From NCBI GenBank assembly GCA_043798915.1, contig JAZDOG010000089.1:57101-121100 (forward strand): a DNA stretch of 64,000 nucleotides, read 5' to 3'. The stretch is from Pseudomonadota bacterium (GTDB taxonomy: Bacteria > UBA10199 > 2-02-FULL-44-16 > JAAZCA01). Shown here one piece after another: positions 32,745 to 44,838 of the stretch. The stretch's first letter is position 1. Every line of letters starts with the position of its first letter. The notes below the pieces were generated by a model. That model had not been told where the DNA came from and did not search any database. It saw only the letters and a list, made by a program, of their open reading frames with translations. A program made the position numbers and the translations under genes.

Positions 32745-34148
32745 ATGAAGACGGCTGATCTCGATATTCTCGTCCAAGAGGGTGAGAGCACGACGCTGGA
32801 GTTCAAAGAGGGGCTGTCGTCGTCGTTCGCGCGCGAGCTGGTTGGGATGGCCAACACGATCGGCGGCAAAGTTTTGCTCGGCGTTCGGGATGATGGCGCG
32901 GTGCTCGGCCTGACGGACTCCAACGCCTTGCGTGCCCGTGTCCAGGATATCGCCCGAAACTGCGATCCGCCAGTGGAGGTAGTGGTCGAACTGGTGGGGC
33001 GGGTGCTGGTGGTGCATGTTCACGAAAGCAATGCCAAACCGGTACAGTGCAGCGACGGCTTCTTCTGGCGGCAAGGGGCTGCTACTCAAAAGCTTTCTCG
33101 GGACGAAGTTAGGAATTTCTTCCACGCCGAGGGTGCGATACATTTCGACTTATCGCCTTGCCCGCGCTTCCGCTATCCGGAGGACTTCGACCGCGAGAAA
33201 TACGCTGCGTGGCTGGAGCTCAGTGGCATCAGCGGACGGCCGAGCACGGAGGATGTGCTGGTCAATATCGAAGCCGCCGAGCGCACGGGTGGAAAACTCT
33301 TGTTCCGCAACGCGGGCGTGCTGTTCTTTGCCAAGAATGTTCGGCACTTTTTTAACCATGCCTACGTCACATGCCTTTTGGCCAAGGGCACCGACAAGGT
33401 TCGTGTGCTGGACCGCAAAGATTTCGACGGTGGCATTGTGGCCGATATACAGGACTCCATGCGTTTCATCGAACGCAACACTCGAACCGCCTGGCGTATC
33501 GAAGGTCTGCGCCGGGAGGACATCCCCGAGTATCCGATGAAAGCCCTGCGCGAAGCTATCACCAATGCGGTCATGCACCGCGATTGGTTCGTTGATGGGG
33601 CCAATGTTTTCGTGGAGATATACACCGATCGGATCGAAATCTCGAGCCCTGGCGGCCTGCCAAAGGGCATGAAGCTTTCCGACCTTGGCCGCAAGAGCAT
33701 CCGACGCAACGCCCTTATCGCCGATTTGCTCCATCGCATAGAGTTCATCGAAAAGGCGGGAACTGGCATAAAGCGGATTCGCGACGAGGCACACGAGCAA
33801 GGCTGCCCCGAGCCGGTTTTCGAGGTGGACGGCTTTTTTACTTCGATATTCCGCCCAAATCCCGAAGTCAGGGCCCAAGCTGGGGTTGTAGCCAAATCAT
33901 CGACCGGGGAAGTCACCGGGGAAGTCACAAGGCTTCTGGCCGTCATGTCCAGCGAGATGAAACGCAAGGAAATCCAAGAGGCTCTGGGGCTTAAGCACGA
34001 GGACCACTTTCGGGAAGCGTATCTTTTGCCGGCTATCAGGGCTGGAGTTGTCGAATTGACAATCCCCGATAGACCCAGAAGCAGCAGGCAACGCTACCGC
34101 CTGACGGCCAAAGGGCGCAGTCTGTTGAGGAAGAAAAACAAGGAGTGA
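32745..34148 (+). CDS. Schlafen/AlbA_2 + HATPase-like + C-terminal winged-HTH protein
   Basis: GESTTLEFKE..MANTIGG..LGVRDDG; REAITNAVMHRD, IEISSPGGLP, RNALIA..IEKAGTG; PRSSRQRYRLT tail. Confidence 0.85.
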   Translation: MKTADLDILVQEGESTTLEFKEGLSSSFARELVGMANTIGGKVLLGVRDDGAVLGLTDSNALRARVQDIARNCDPPVEVVVELVGRVLVVHVHESNAKPVQCSDGFFWRQGAATQKLSRDEVRNFFHAEGAIHFDLSPCPRFRYPEDFDREKYAAWLELSGISGRPSTEDVLVNIEAAERTGGKLLFRNAGVLFFAKNVRHFFNHAYVTCLLAKGTDKVRVLDRKDFDGGIVADIQDSMRFIERNTRTAWRIEGLRREDIPEYPMKALREAITNAVMHRDWFVDGANVFVEIYTDRIEISSPGGLPKGMKLSDLGRKSIRRNALIADLLHRIEFIEKAGTGIKRIRDEAHEQGCPEPVFEVDGFFTSIFRPNPEVRAQAGVVAKSSTGEVTGEVTRLLAVMSSEMKRKEIQEALGLKHEDHFREAYLLPAIRAGVVELTIPDRPRSSRQRYRLTAKGRSLLRKKNKE

Positions 34149-34255
34149 CCTCTAAAAGCGATATTGGAACGTGACATCGTTCGGCAACAGCATTGGTCGC
34201 ATAACAATTACATTAAGCATAAACGATCTAACCCCTTGAAATTGCGTAATATTTA

Positions 34256-34283
34256 ATGTCGTATAACATATCTTATGTCTAAT
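34256..34283 (+). other. XerC/XerD dif-like recombination site
   Basis: ATGTCGTATAA-CATATC-TTATGTCTAAT: 11-6-11 geometry versus E. coli dif GGTGCGCATAA-TGTATA-TTATGTTAAAT. Confidence 0.6.
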
Positions 34284-34479
34284 TACCCTTATTTCTCCAT
34301 ATTTTCACTACTATTATTTCAAGTATTACTTGATCGTCCTCTCTATATAGTAGTCGTTCAACGCTTCACATCTTTCTCCGCTGATCGCCGTCTGATTATT
34401 CTTTCCTAAAACCTTCAAGTTCATAGGTGCCAAAGACATATGTAACACGAGGGGCTGTCAAATCGTGAAATTTCCGTGA

Positions 34480-35109
34480 TCAGTGGGAAGGCGCAGCGGT
34501 CGGCGCCTTCTTGGTAGATTTTCCTCCCTGAACTCCGTTTCCGACAGCGTCCCCGAGTTTGCTGATATAGTCCAATGCCTCACCCAGCGTTTCGCAGGTC
34601 TGTTCAATTTTCGTGATTTCCTTATTCACGTCCTTGCCCTTGAATCCCTTGGCTTCCAGGGTCATTCTGATCTGATCTTTCCCATTCTGTTTGCCCGCGG
34701 TGTCGGGCAGACCATCAAGGCCATAAAGGGCGTCAACAGTGAGCGGCTTCTGGCCGTGCAGGTGAAGGAACGCATTGACGCGACCCATGACCCTGGCAAA
34801 ATCCGCGTCACTCGGCGGCGTTATGCCTTGTGGCTTGAGCTTCCATTGAGCCAAATAATATTTTGCTATGCTCTTTCTCATTTTTTCCGGTGTCGGCTGA
34901 AAAACCGTCGTGACAATCTTCCATTCCTTTGCGTCCGACTTGTCCAGCACAATGGCGATATATTGCCGCTGACCGTTGATGGCAGACGGAGCAATATCAG
35001 ACGGAGGAGCGTCAGACGGAGCGCCATGGTGGATATCGAGCGGCGTGGAGGCGATAAGCTCCTTTTGCCCCTGACCGCCTATTTTATTGGTGTCTCCAGC
35101 CCCGAACAT
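34480..35109 (-). CDS. Hypothetical protein (orphan)
   Basis: Open frame; ATG at 35109 directly after a G13 tract and downstream of a sigma-54 promoter. Confidence 0.7.
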   Translation of the reverse strand: MFGAGDTNKIGGQGQKELIASTPLDIHHGAPSDAPPSDIAPSAINGQRQYIAIVLDKSDAKEWKIVTTVFQPTPEKMRKSIAKYYLAQWKLKPQGITPPSDADFARVMGRVNAFLHLHGQKPLTVDALYGLDGLPDTAGKQNGKDQIRMTLEAKGFKGKDVNKEITKIEQTCETLGEALDYISKLGDAVGNGVQGGKSTKKAPTAAPSH

Positions 35110-35110
35110 A

Positions 35111-35123
35111 CCCCCCCCCCCCC
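35111..35123 (-). repeat. G13 homopolymer at the ribosome-binding site
   Basis: C13 on plus strand; minus strand reads TTTATTC-G13-T-ATG. Confidence 0.85.
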
Positions 35124-35152
35124 GAATAAACTCCTGATCGGTAGTATTTGAT

Positions 35153-35196
35153 CGCAATAGACGTGCCAGGAGGGCGACTAATATAACTATTTGATA
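35153..35196 (-). promoter_or_regulatory. Sigma-54 promoter with upstream IHF-like site
   Basis: CTGGCACGTCTATTGCG (35153-35169) and TATCAAATAGTTA (35184-35196, matches WATCAANNNNTTR). Confidence 0.8.
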
Positions 35197-35385
35197 TTAA
35201 TGGTTTTTTTGACGTATTACAAGGGATGCATGCACCCCTGCTGAGGACTTCGATATTCGCATCGGGGCTTTTTGTCCCCAACATCACTAGGGCCCTTCTC
35301 ATTCTCCGCTCAGGGCGATCGCCAAGTCCTTCCCTCCCGCAAGCGCCCATTTTGCAAAGCTCTCTCACAGATTTGAATAGCAACC

Positions 35386-35413
35386 CTTGATATTCCTTAT
35401 AAAGGTCCCATAT
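35386..35413 (+). promoter_or_regulatory. Sigma-32-like heat-shock promoter for clpB
   Basis: CTTGAT-N14-TCCCATAT upstream of clpB. Confidence 0.55.
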
Positions 35414-35427
35414 TATTGAGGAAGTTA

Positions 35428-35520
35428 CCCTCCCCCTTTGTAAGGGGGAGTTAGAGGGGGTAGATCGTGCGGAATCTACATGATCTACCCCACCCTTCCC
35501 TCCCCTTACAAAGGGGAGGG
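35428..35520. repeat. REP/REPIN-like palindromic element, copy 2 of 3
   Basis: Same arms as 2501-2595, different central loop. Confidence 0.85.
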
Positions 35521-35536
35521 TTAAAAGGAGGTTTTC

Positions 35537-38128
<2,592 letters not shown>

Positions 38129-38133
38129 ACGCG

Positions 38134-38478
38134 TTAAAGAGATAGAATGGTTCTCAGCACTTCTTCTATTTCCAATAGAGTGCCGCTGGATACAATTCCC
38201 AATTTTTTAACAAAGCGGCTTTTGGAAATCGTGCGTATCTGGTCGCACTTAACAAAGCTGGTTTTTCTTAATCCTCCTTCTGGAGGAGCTAATTTTATAT
38301 GAGAAGGAATATTTCTAAACGTTGTCGTGATGGGAAGAACTATTACAAGATCAGCCTGACAATTATTAATTTCATCGACCGATATTACGAGCGCCGGCCG
38401 CTCGCCATGAATTTCCTTGCCTTGGCCAGGGGGATTTAGATTAACAAGCCACACTTCAGAGCGATACATGTTTTCCAT
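38134..38478 (-). CDS. PemK/MazF-family toxin
   Basis: EVWLVNLNP..G.EI.GERPALVIS..VLPITT..CDQIRTIS; start 38478 or 38487. Confidence 0.9.
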   Translation of the reverse strand: MENMYRSEVWLVNLNPPGQGKEIHGERPALVISVDEINNCQADLVIVLPITTTFRNIPSHIKLAPPEGGLRKTSFVKCDQIRTISKSRFVKKLGIVSSGTLLEIEEVLRTILSL

Positions 38479-38483
38479 CAGCG

Positions 38484-38732
38484 TCAATCCTTTTCCAGAC
38501 CATCACCACCTGTTGAATCCCAAGCTTCCCTCTCAATAATTTCATCTTTCCATGCCTTGCTGTCCGACTTGAGAGATGCATAGGCTTCAGCACAATTATT
38601 TAAAAAACATTTTCGTCGATAAATGACCAGGGCTTTCTGAATAATCCTTCCCCTTGAGAGATGTTCTCGTTCTGTCATTTCTCGAAGTATATTTTCAGAC
38701 TCCCTGTCTATTCTAACAGTCGCAGTATGCAT
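38484..38732 (-). CDS. Cognate antitoxin (ribbon-helix-helix-like)
   Basis: Small ORF immediately upstream of the toxin, TVRID..L, acidic WD...DGL tail; GGAGG RBS. Confidence 0.8.
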   Translation of the reverse strand: MHTATVRIDRESENILREMTEREHLSRGRIIQKALVIYRRKCFLNNCAEAYASLKSDSKAWKDEIIEREAWDSTGGDGLEKD

Positions 38733-38791
38733 ATTATTACCTCCTATATGGATAGTATACATTATTGCATACTAATATGTCTACATATATG

Positions 38792-38819
38792 TTATCGGCA
38801 ATGTGGCCATATATGTTGC
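38792..38819 (-). promoter_or_regulatory. GCAAC-N15-GCCGATAA promoter-like motif
   Basis: Minus strand GCAAC atatatggccacatt GCCGATAA; overlaps CATATATG palindromes (possible antitoxin operator). Confidence 0.55.
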
Positions 38820-38933
38820 TAACTATTTCGTATATCCATATTTATATATAAATATCAATGAGTTGTTTCGCGCCACCAGTCGCTCCGTCTGACAATTTTG
38901 TTCGATCGTGACAACGGGTAGCAAGGTTGCCGT

Positions 38934-40004
38934 TCACTTATCAAGGCAAAGATGGGAGATCTCATCCACGAGCTTCCGGTGCTCGCGGCAGCCGATCATT
39001 TTTATCGGGGGGCGTTTGGCAGAAGACAAGCAAAAGCGCGACTTGAAATCAGCGACGCGTTTCAGAGATCGCGAAACATTCTCCTCGCCGACCGATCCTT
39101 CATCCACCGCGCGATTCAGTCGCTCCACCGCCATGCGCCCTTCGTCTAGGCCCCGGCAGATCATAGCCACATCGGCGCCTGCGGCGATCGCGCGCCACGC
39201 CGCCTCGTGCGGCGGGTAGATCGAGGCGCTCCCCTCCATCCTCAGGTCGTCGGTGAAGACCACGCCGTCGAAGCGGAGCTCCCCCCTCAACATGTCCCTC
39301 GTGATCGTGCGGGAGATCGACGCGGGCGAGACGGCGTCGATGTTCGGTATCATCAGATGGGCGGTCATCATGGAGGCCACTCCCGCATCTATCGCGGCGC
39401 GAAACGGGAGGAGCTCGCACAGGTCGAAGCGCCTCCGCGTGTGGTGGAGCATCGGCAGGCCGAGGTGCGAATCGACGTCGGTGTCGCCATGCCCGGGGAA
39501 ATGTTTACCGCATGCAGCGACACCTTCTCCCTGAAGGCCTAAGATGAAGGCCGAGCCCAGCCTCGCAACCGCATGCGCGTCGGGAGAGAATGCTCGATCG
39601 CCGATCACCGGGTTGAATGCGTTTGTCCGGACGTCGAGCACGGGGGCGAAGTCGATATTAAAACCGGCGGCCGCGAGTTCGCGGCCCAGGAGTTTGCCCA
39701 CGCGAAGAGCAAGCTCATCGCCCTCCCCCGCCGCCTGCCCCACCGCAGCCATAGGTGGCAGGACGGTGAATGGTGCAGAGAGCCTCGCTACGCGCCCGCC
39801 CTCCTGATCGACACCGAGGATGAGCGGCTCGGAAGCGGCATCCTGCAGATCGCCGATCAACCGGACGAGTTGTTTCAAATCGGCGATGTTGCGTTTGAAG
39901 AGGATAACGCCGCCGCAGCCGGTGTCCTTGAGGAATTGCTTCACCTCCGGCGTGACCTTCGTGCCTTCGATGCCGACCATCAAGAGCTGGCCAAGATTTT
40001 TCAT
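38934..40004 (-). CDS. nagZ: Beta-N-acetylhexosaminidase (GH3)
   Basis: VDQEGGRV, KHFPGHGDTDVDSH, FTDDLRM. Confidence 0.93.
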   Translation of the reverse strand: MKNLGQLLMVGIEGTKVTPEVKQFLKDTGCGGVILFKRNIADLKQLVRLIGDLQDAASEPLILGVDQEGGRVARLSAPFTVLPPMAAVGQAAGEGDELALRVGKLLGRELAAAGFNIDFAPVLDVRTNAFNPVIGDRAFSPDAHAVARLGSAFILGLQGEGVAACGKHFPGHGDTDVDSHLGLPMLHHTRRRFDLCELLPFRAAIDAGVASMMTAHLMIPNIDAVSPASISRTITRDMLRGELRFDGVVFTDDLRMEGSASIYPPHEAAWRAIAAGADVAMICRGLDEGRMAVERLNRAVDEGSVGEENVSRSLKRVADFKSRFCLSSAKRPPIKMIGCREHRKLVDEISHLCLDK

Positions 40005-40008
40005 GATG

Positions 40009-40812
40009 TCATCTCCCTCTGGGCGCGAAGGAATCTCTTAAGCCCTCGCCCAGAAAATTGAACCCCAGCACCACGAGCATGATCGCGAGCCCCGGAAAGA
40101 TCGACAGGTGCGGCGCTACGAGGAGATATTGCGTCCCCTGGTCGATCATCGCGCCCCACGACGGCACATCAACCGGAACGCCAAGCCCGAGAAACGACAG
40201 CGCGGACTCTATCATTATCACGCCGGCCATTCCGAAGCTCGCGTTCACCGCCACCGGCCCTATCATGTTTGGAAAGAGGTATCGAACGAGCAGCCGCGGC
40301 GTGCGGACGCCGATCGCCCTCCCGGCGACTACGAACTCACGTCCCTTGAGGGCAAGCGCCTGTCCGCGCACGAGCCTGGCGTAGGTGACCCAGCCCTTGA
40401 GGCAGAGGATGATGATGACGTTCTTGATCGACGGCTCCAGGAACGCCGCGACAGCGATCGCCAGCAGAAATCCCGGAAAGGCGAGGAATACATCCGAGAC
40501 AAACGAAAAGATGCGGTCGGCGATTCCCCCGACGAAGCCGGCGACCATGCCGACCGCGCAACCTATCACGAGCGAGATGCCGACGACCGCGCAACCTATC
40601 ACGAGCGCGACGCGGGTCCCGTATATCATCCGCGAGAGGATGTCGCGGCCGTCCGCATCGTTGCCGAAGAGATACGCCATGCTCGGCCCCGCAAAGGAGC
40701 GGTCGATGTGATAGGCAGAAGGATCGTGCGGGGCGATGAACGGCGCCAGCAGCGCGACGATAATCAGCGCCGCTATGATCGCAAAGCCGGCCTTTGCAGC
40801 GAAACCCCTCAC
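40009..40812 (-). CDS. Peptide ABC transporter permease (DppC/OppC type)
   Basis: FGNDADGRD.LSR, EAA-like loop, ESALSFLGLG..SWG. Confidence 0.92.
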   Translation of the reverse strand: MRGFAAKAGFAIIAALIIVALLAPFIAPHDPSAYHIDRSFAGPSMAYLFGNDADGRDILSRMIYGTRVALVIGCAVVGISLVIGCAVGMVAGFVGGIADRIFSFVSDVFLAFPGFLLAIAVAAFLEPSIKNVIIILCLKGWVTYARLVRGQALALKGREFVVAGRAIGVRTPRLLVRYLFPNMIGPVAVNASFGMAGVIMIESALSFLGLGVPVDVPSWGAMIDQGTQYLLVAPHLSIFPGLAIMLVVLGFNFLGEGLRDSFAPRGR

Positions 40813-41726
40813 AGTTTTATCCTCGGATCAGCAACCTTATAGAGGCAATCCGTCGCCGTGTTGATGATGACGTAGGCGAATGATATCGCCAGCACGCAGC
40901 CGGAGACGACCGGATAGTCCCTCCGGCTTATGGAATCGATGAGCAGCATGCCTATGCCGGGCCAGCCGAAGACCCTCTCCGTGATGATCGCGCCGGCCAA
41001 CAGCGAACCGACCTGCAGGCCGACGATCGAGATCACCGGGTTCAGCGCATTCCTGAGCGCGTGCTTGTACATCACGGTCCGCTCGGAGAGGCCCTTCGCG
41101 CGCGCGGTCGTCATGTACTCGCGGCGGATCTCCTCCATCATCGACGCGCGGGTGAGGCGCGAGATCATGGCGGCGACCCCGAAGCCGAGCGTCACCGCCG
41201 GAAGGATGAGCGAAGCGACCGAGCTGCCGCCGGAGATCGGCAGGAGCCGGAAGTGAACGGAGAAGATGAGTATGAGCACGGGGCCGAGCCAGAAATTCGG
41301 GACAGAGATACCAGCGAGCGCCATGACCATCATGGCGCGGTCCCAGAGACCGCCCCGTTTCACCGCCGCGATGATCCCCGCCGGGATCGCCACGAGGATA
41401 GCGATGGACATTGCACACAGGGCGAGGATGAACGTCGCGCCAGCGCGCTCCTTGAGATGCGAAAGCACGGGCCGGCCATCGAAGATGGAGCGGCCCCAAT
41501 CGCCTTCAGCGAGCCCGCCGACAAATCGCGCGTACTGCGTGGCCAACGGCAGATCGAGATGCATCTCGTGCGCGAGCTCTGCGCGATCGGCGGCGAGCGC
41601 CTGCTCGCCGAGTATGATATCCACCGGATCGCCCGGAATCACGTGGATGAGGAGGAAGACGATCGTCGAGACCGCGAGGAGCACGGGGATCATCATTAAT
41701 ATGCGCTTGATGACGAACTGGAACAT
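40809..41726 (-). CDS. Peptide ABC transporter permease (DppB/OppB type)
   Basis: IPGDP, ARAKGL..HALRNAL, ITERVFGWPGIG. Confidence 0.93.
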   Translation of the reverse strand: MFQFVIKRILMMIPVLLAVSTIVFLLIHVIPGDPVDIILGEQALAADRAELAHEMHLDLPLATQYARFVGGLAEGDWGRSIFDGRPVLSHLKERAGATFILALCAMSIAILVAIPAGIIAAVKRGGLWDRAMMVMALAGISVPNFWLGPVLILIFSVHFRLLPISGGSSVASLILPAVTLGFGVAAMISRLTRASMMEEIRREYMTTARAKGLSERTVMYKHALRNALNPVISIVGLQVGSLLAGAIITERVFGWPGIGMLLIDSISRRDYPVVSGCVLAISFAYVIINTATDCLYKVADPRIKL

Positions 41727-41732
41727 AGCAAT

Positions 41733-41824
41733 TCCCCTCCTTTGTAAGGAGGGGTCAGGGGAGGTAGATACTGTATTTCCGGCAGATCTACCCCACCCTG
41801 ACCCTCCCCTTACAAAGGGGAGGG
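41733..41824. repeat. REP/REPIN-like palindromic element, copy 3 of 3
   Basis: Same arms as 2501 and 35428. Confidence 0.85.
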
Positions 41825-41833
41825 AAAATAATT

Positions 41834-43366
41834 CTACTTTTCAACATTCACAAACGTCCGGTACGACGCGTCCGGCCTGAGCGACACCCCTGACAATCCA
41901 TCCCGGTACACGATCACGTTCTTCTCGTACCACAGGGGGATGAACGGAAGGTCGTCGAGGACTATCTTCTGCACCTCAGCATAAATCGCGCGGCGCTTTG
42001 CCTGATCCATCGTCTGCCTGCCCTCCTGCACGAGCCTGTCGACCTCCGGATTTTTGTAGCGGCCGCGATTCAGGCCGTTGGGCGGTACGCGGGAGGACTG
42101 GCACACTTCATAGAAGATGTCCGGCTCGAAGATGCCGACCCACGAGAGCGTGTAGATCTGAAAATTGCCCCTGCCGACGTCGCGGAAAAAAGTCCCCCAC
42201 TCGTACGGCTCCACCCTCGCGGCTATCCCCACCTTCGAGAGCTGGTCGGATATCATCCTCGCCACGTCGATGCGCTCTTTGACCGTCGAGGTCTTGTACT
42301 TAAGCTTCAAACGCGCCGCTGGCTTAGCTCCTTCGGGGCCCCCGAAGCCTGCCTCATCCAGGAGCTTCGCCGCCTTCGCGGGATTGTATTGGTATTGCGG
42401 AAGATCCGCGTCGTACGCCCAGTTGCCGGGGGAGAGGATCGAGTTCGCCTTGACGGCCAGACCGCGCCACCTGTGCGCGATGATCTCGTCCCTGTCGATC
42501 GCATATGCGATTGCCTGCCTCACCCTCTTGTCGGAGAGCGCGGGGTCGGTGAGGTTGAAACCCAGGTAGGTCATCACCGTGCCCACTTCATCGATCTCCC
42601 TGAGGGCCGGATTTTTCTTGAGGCTGTCGATGAGCATCGGCGGGATCGAATTCTGAACCAGATCGACGTCGCCCTTCATGAGCTTCATGACGCGGATGTT
42701 GTCGTCCTTCACGATCTCGAAGACGAGCTTCGAATTTTTTGGAGCCCCGCCATAATACGCAGGGTTGGCCGAGAGTTCGACAACCGAGTCCGCCACGAAG
42801 CGGACGAGCCTGTAGGGACCGACGCAGATCGGATCCCTCGCGAAGGCAGCTCCCCTGCCCTCAGCTGCGGAGGCGGAGACTATGCCGCGCGTGAGCATCG
42901 ACAGAAACGGCGCATACACCTCCTTGAGATCGATGCGGACGACGTCGGGCTTCTCCGCGACCACATCCGCGATCCTGTCGAAGGCGGCGCGAAGCGGCGA
43001 GGCGATTTTTCCGTCCATGATGGAGCGGAAGGTGTAAACGACATCCGCGGACGTGAGCTCGCTGCCGTCGCCGAAAGTTGCCCCGTGGCGCAGGAAAAAT
43101 CTGTAGGATGTGTCGGATATCCGCTCGTAGCGCTCCGCAAGCGCCGGGACGAGCTCCAGCGAGGAGTTGCGCGCGAGGAGGCCGTCGCAGATGAGCGACG
43201 ATATCTTGTCTCCCTCGGCATCGGTCACCAGGCGCGGGTCGAGCGTCAAAGGGCCGAACTGTGTCGCAACGATGATGGTGCCGCCTCCCCTGCCCACAGC
43301 GCTCCTGCAGCCGGAAAGACTCACGAGCACCGCCAGGACCGCCACCGATACCCATTTATTCTTCAC
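41834..43366 (-). CDS. Peptide ABC transporter substrate-binding lipoprotein (family 5)
   Basis: Lipobox LSGC, TLDP, F.DG..LTSADV, GPY, VRQAIAYAIDR. Confidence 0.93.
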   Translation of the reverse strand: MKNKWVSVAVLAVLVSLSGCRSAVGRGGGTIIVATQFGPLTLDPRLVTDAEGDKISSLICDGLLARNSSLELVPALAERYERISDTSYRFFLRHGATFGDGSELTSADVVYTFRSIMDGKIASPLRAAFDRIADVVAEKPDVVRIDLKEVYAPFLSMLTRGIVSASAAEGRGAAFARDPICVGPYRLVRFVADSVVELSANPAYYGGAPKNSKLVFEIVKDDNIRVMKLMKGDVDLVQNSIPPMLIDSLKKNPALREIDEVGTVMTYLGFNLTDPALSDKRVRQAIAYAIDRDEIIAHRWRGLAVKANSILSPGNWAYDADLPQYQYNPAKAAKLLDEAGFGGPEGAKPAARLKLKYKTSTVKERIDVARMISDQLSKVGIAARVEPYEWGTFFRDVGRGNFQIYTLSWVGIFEPDIFYEVCQSSRVPPNGLNRGRYKNPEVDRLVQEGRQTMDQAKRRAIYAEVQKIVLDDLPFIPLWYEKNVIVYRDGLSGVSLRPDASYRTFVNVEK

Positions 43367-43416
43367 CCTTGCCCCCGCGAATGCTTTGCATTAAAATGTA
43401 CGAACATTATCCGCCC

Positions 43417-44838
43417 ATGTCAAACAAACACAGAATCATCGCACTCATAGCCTTGATCATCGGGGCATCTGCTCCGGCGTCCGGCACGGCGGCGACGCCG
43501 GCGTCAATCGACATCTCGCGGAGCGCCGTCCACAGGGGCTTCAACTCGTCCGAGACCTCGATCTCCATCGCAGACGCAGGGAGCGGCAGGGAGTTGGCCG
43601 GCCATCTGCCTGACCTGGCGCTCAACCCGGCGTCGTGCATGAAGATCATCACCTCGACGGCGGCGCTCGCGCTCCTGGGGCCCGCGCATGGCTACCGCAC
43701 GGATTTTCTGACCGATCGTCGGTTTAGCGGCGGGACAATCGGCACGCTCTACGTGAGGGGCGACGGCAACCCGATGCTCGTGAACGAGGACCTGATGGAG
43801 ATCGCCGGCTGGCTGCATGAGAAAGGGCTCCGGCGGATCACCGGCGGCATCGCGATAGACAACTCATTCTTCGACTCGTACGAATTCCCGCGCAAGGGTG
43901 GCAACGAGACGCGCGCCTACACCGCCAAGACCGCCGCCACCTCGGTGAACTTCAACTCCGTCGCCGTAGTGGTGGCGCCGGGCGCAAGGTCAGGCGCGCC
44001 CGGGGTCGCGACGACAAATCCCCCCACCGAATATTTCCGGATCGTGAACAAGCTCGTGACGGGCGGCAGGTTCAGAGTCGACATCGCGATGAAACAGGAT
44101 GGAGACGGCGAGGCGATCGTCGTCTCCGGAAGTATCCCGCCGAGGGCCGCCGAGCAGCAGTTCTACCGAAGCGTCACCGATCCGGCCCGGTATGCGGGGT
44201 CGGTCATCAAATATATGCTCGAGCAGAACGGCATCGCGGTCGAGGGGGCAGTGAGGCCAGCCACAACACCCGCGCAGGCGACCCTGCTCCTCTACGTCCC
44301 GTCAAAGCCGATGTCGGAGATCCTCAGGGAGATGAACAAGCGCTCCAACAATTTCATGGCGGAGCAGACGCTCAAGCACCTGGGCGCGGTGAAATACGGC
44401 GCGCCCGGCTCCACGGCCAAGGGCGTGAAGGCGCTGGAGGAATATCTGGCGTCGATCGGGATAGCGAAGGGCGGCTACACGCTCGAAAACGGCTCCGGTC
44501 TCTCGGCGGAGACGCGCATCTCAGCGAGGCAGCTCGTGCGCGTGCTCTCGGCCGCATACAGGAACAGCTCCATCCGCGATGCATTCATGGATTCGCTCTC
44601 GGTCCTCGGCATCGACGGCACGACGAAATCGTGGCGCTTCGCGCCCGACCTGACGGGCAGGATACTCGTGAAGACCGGCACGATCAACAGCGTGAGCGCG
44701 CTTGCAGGCTACGCTCCAACTGCATCGGGCAAGCTCGCCGCATTTGCGATACTGGCCAACGGGCTGCCGCGCGGCGCATGGGTGGCGCACGTGGCGGAGC
44801 TCGAGGTGGTGAGGGCAATCACGGAGGCACAGCAATGA
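43417..44838 (+). CDS. dacB: D-Ala-D-Ala carboxypeptidase/endopeptidase (PBP4, S13)
   Basis: SxxK (PASCMK), SxN (SNN), KTG; NGSGLS; signal peptide from ATG 43417. Confidence 0.9.
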   Translation: MSNKHRIIALIALIIGASAPASGTAATPASIDISRSAVHRGFNSSETSISIADAGSGRELAGHLPDLALNPASCMKIITSTAALALLGPAHGYRTDFLTDRRFSGGTIGTLYVRGDGNPMLVNEDLMEIAGWLHEKGLRRITGGIAIDNSFFDSYEFPRKGGNETRAYTAKTAATSVNFNSVAVVVAPGARSGAPGVATTNPPTEYFRIVNKLVTGGRFRVDIAMKQDGDGEAIVVSGSIPPRAAEQQFYRSVTDPARYAGSVIKYMLEQNGIAVEGAVRPATTPAQATLLLYVPSKPMSEILREMNKRSNNFMAEQTLKHLGAVKYGAPGSTAKGVKALEEYLASIGIAKGGYTLENGSGLSAETRISARQLVRVLSAAYRNSSIRDAFMDSLSVLGIDGTTKSWRFAPDLTGRILVKTGTINSVSALAGYAPTASGKLAAFAILANGLPRGAWVAHVAELEVVRAITEAQQ

